The notes beneath the pieces are model-generated. The model saw nothing but the letters and a program-made list of their open reading frames with translations. It had not been told where the DNA came from and ran no database searches. The position numbers and the translations under genes are program-made. This document shows positions 62,651-64,000 of a DNA stretch of 64,000 nucleotides, piece by piece (positions within the stretch are counted from its first letter, which is position 1; every line of letters starts with the position of its first letter). Origin of the DNA: Phallusia mammillata (lineage: Eukaryota); contig OZ281494.1 in the NCBI GenBank assembly GCA_965637545.1, forward strand, positions 6,634,001 to 6,698,000, read 5' to 3'.

Positions 62651-64000
62651 AAATGCTGACACAGAAATGCGTCAGGTCATTTAAACAAGGCCTTGAAAAA
62701 TCGAGTTCGGGCTGATCCCAGTTATGAATGTATGTTCATCTTATCTGAAATATATCACTAACTTTACTGTTGTGTGTAAATTCTAACCTTCAGGCGATCA
62801 ATACGAACATAAACTTCACACTGGTTCAAGTTATTTGTGTTCACAGTGCTTGCTGTCACTTCGATACAGTTGGTGAGAATCGACTTAAATGAAACTGAAA
62901 AGGAAATTCCGTTTTCCTTGCATTGGATTAATACGGGAAGTTCCGGGACATCTGCAACAAAACAAATTACTTTAATTAAGTTTTAGTGAAGCTTTCAGTA
63001 CACTTAAATCAGTTTGTGTTTTTTGTTGTGCATTTTCCAATTAGTGTTAAATGTTTTTTGTGGCAATTGTTTTCAACAGAAATTATGCACCAATCATAGG
63101 GTAATAGCTAGTCAGTAAATATTGATTTACTAAGTACAAAATTATAAAATGAAATACAGACCTCATTTTCATACATATAGAGGTTTTAATGAACTGAGTC
63201 AGGTGCCCCAACAATAAAAGCAGATAAAAAGTGTCCTTAACGGTAACAATCCCAGTACACACGACCCATTTTAATAAATGCGTCCTATTTGGACTTAAAC
63301 ATTCCAATACCGTGAGTGCTGGTCTACATGAACGCTGACCCTAGTATTAAGTTGGTGTTCATCTTAAATGATGGTCAAACTTCCTCCACTACAAAGCTGA
63401 CATGTGCACAATGCGAGACAGGCAACGGTGCTTATCATTCAACTTCGTCAGGCTTAACACCAGCCTGTGTAGCTCATTGGTAAAGCACCAGACCCGCTTA
63501 GGCTCCAGACGTAATTTCGAACTTCACAACATTCTAGATTTTTCCAGCCAATGTCTTGTCCTACTTACCTACTTTAATCGATATTACACGTTTCATTAGC
63601 CTAGCCTACTACAATTAACACATGAGGGTGCTGTGATCGCTGGTCTGCATGAAAGATTCAAGGCCAATCCCAGTACTAAACGTATCTTCATTTCAGCTAG
63701 TTGTAGTTGCTGGCCAACGATAAAAAGACACAAAAGCAGCACTATTCAAAAGAACAAGTACTTTGCAAAGTGAAACTGTGAGTTTTGGGAAGAACAGCGC
63801 AGTATGAATAGCAATGGGATGGGTTGGACATCACGGGGACGCCAGCCATTTTCAAATGGGTCAATCCAAATTAGGAAGTATTTTGTAGCAAGTAAACGCT
63901 TACCATGCATTTCTTTCCATTTGCGATGAACTTCACTGTAACCCTTTCCAGCCTCCAGTCGATCCGTCAGACATCGGTTAAATGATAAAAGCGTTTTCAC

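Noticed and set aside
63463-63531. tRNA-like 5' half (GCCTGTGTAGCTCATTGGTAAAGCA...TTCGAAC)
   Set aside because: Anticodon, T and acceptor stems do not pair; at most a decayed tRNA-derived SINE head, not a tRNA gene.

Overview
Eukaryotic, AT-rich, compact-genome DNA with many short GT-AG introns; the style suggests an invertebrate such as a tunicate (inference only). Almost all genes lie on the minus strand. The window is dominated by a tandem array of six paralogous adhesion-GPCR loci (one-exon GAIN/GPS plus three-exon secretin-type 7TM) at about 12.8-16.7, 24.5-27.3, 27.7-30.7, 35.9-40.6, 43.1-44.2 and 46.0-53.3 kb. Their 7TM cores are closely similar but their ectodomains differ: a split C-type lectin, SUEL/rhamnose-binding lectin, unrecognised exons, and 8 EGF modules. 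The same split C-type lectin exons also head a single-pass FN3-TM receptor with a cytoplasmic YEN motif (1.3-4.9 kb). An intact alpha-arrestin (ARRDC-like, PPxY) gene with an upstream E-box cluster sits inside the array, and a Ly6/three-finger gene lies at 57.2-58.2 kb. Several receptor copies carry stops, deletions or 1-nt indels, consistent with birth-and-death evolution (some indels may be assembly errors). Mobile DNA: a CR1/L2-type LINE, a Penelope-like fragment, two Gypsy relics, four hAT MITEs, a 9-bp-TSD foldback, a Helitron/Helentron-like repeat and a palindromic hammerhead-ribozyme-like element. There is a 249-N assembly gap. Exon boundaries were inferred by eye from splice signals and reading frame.
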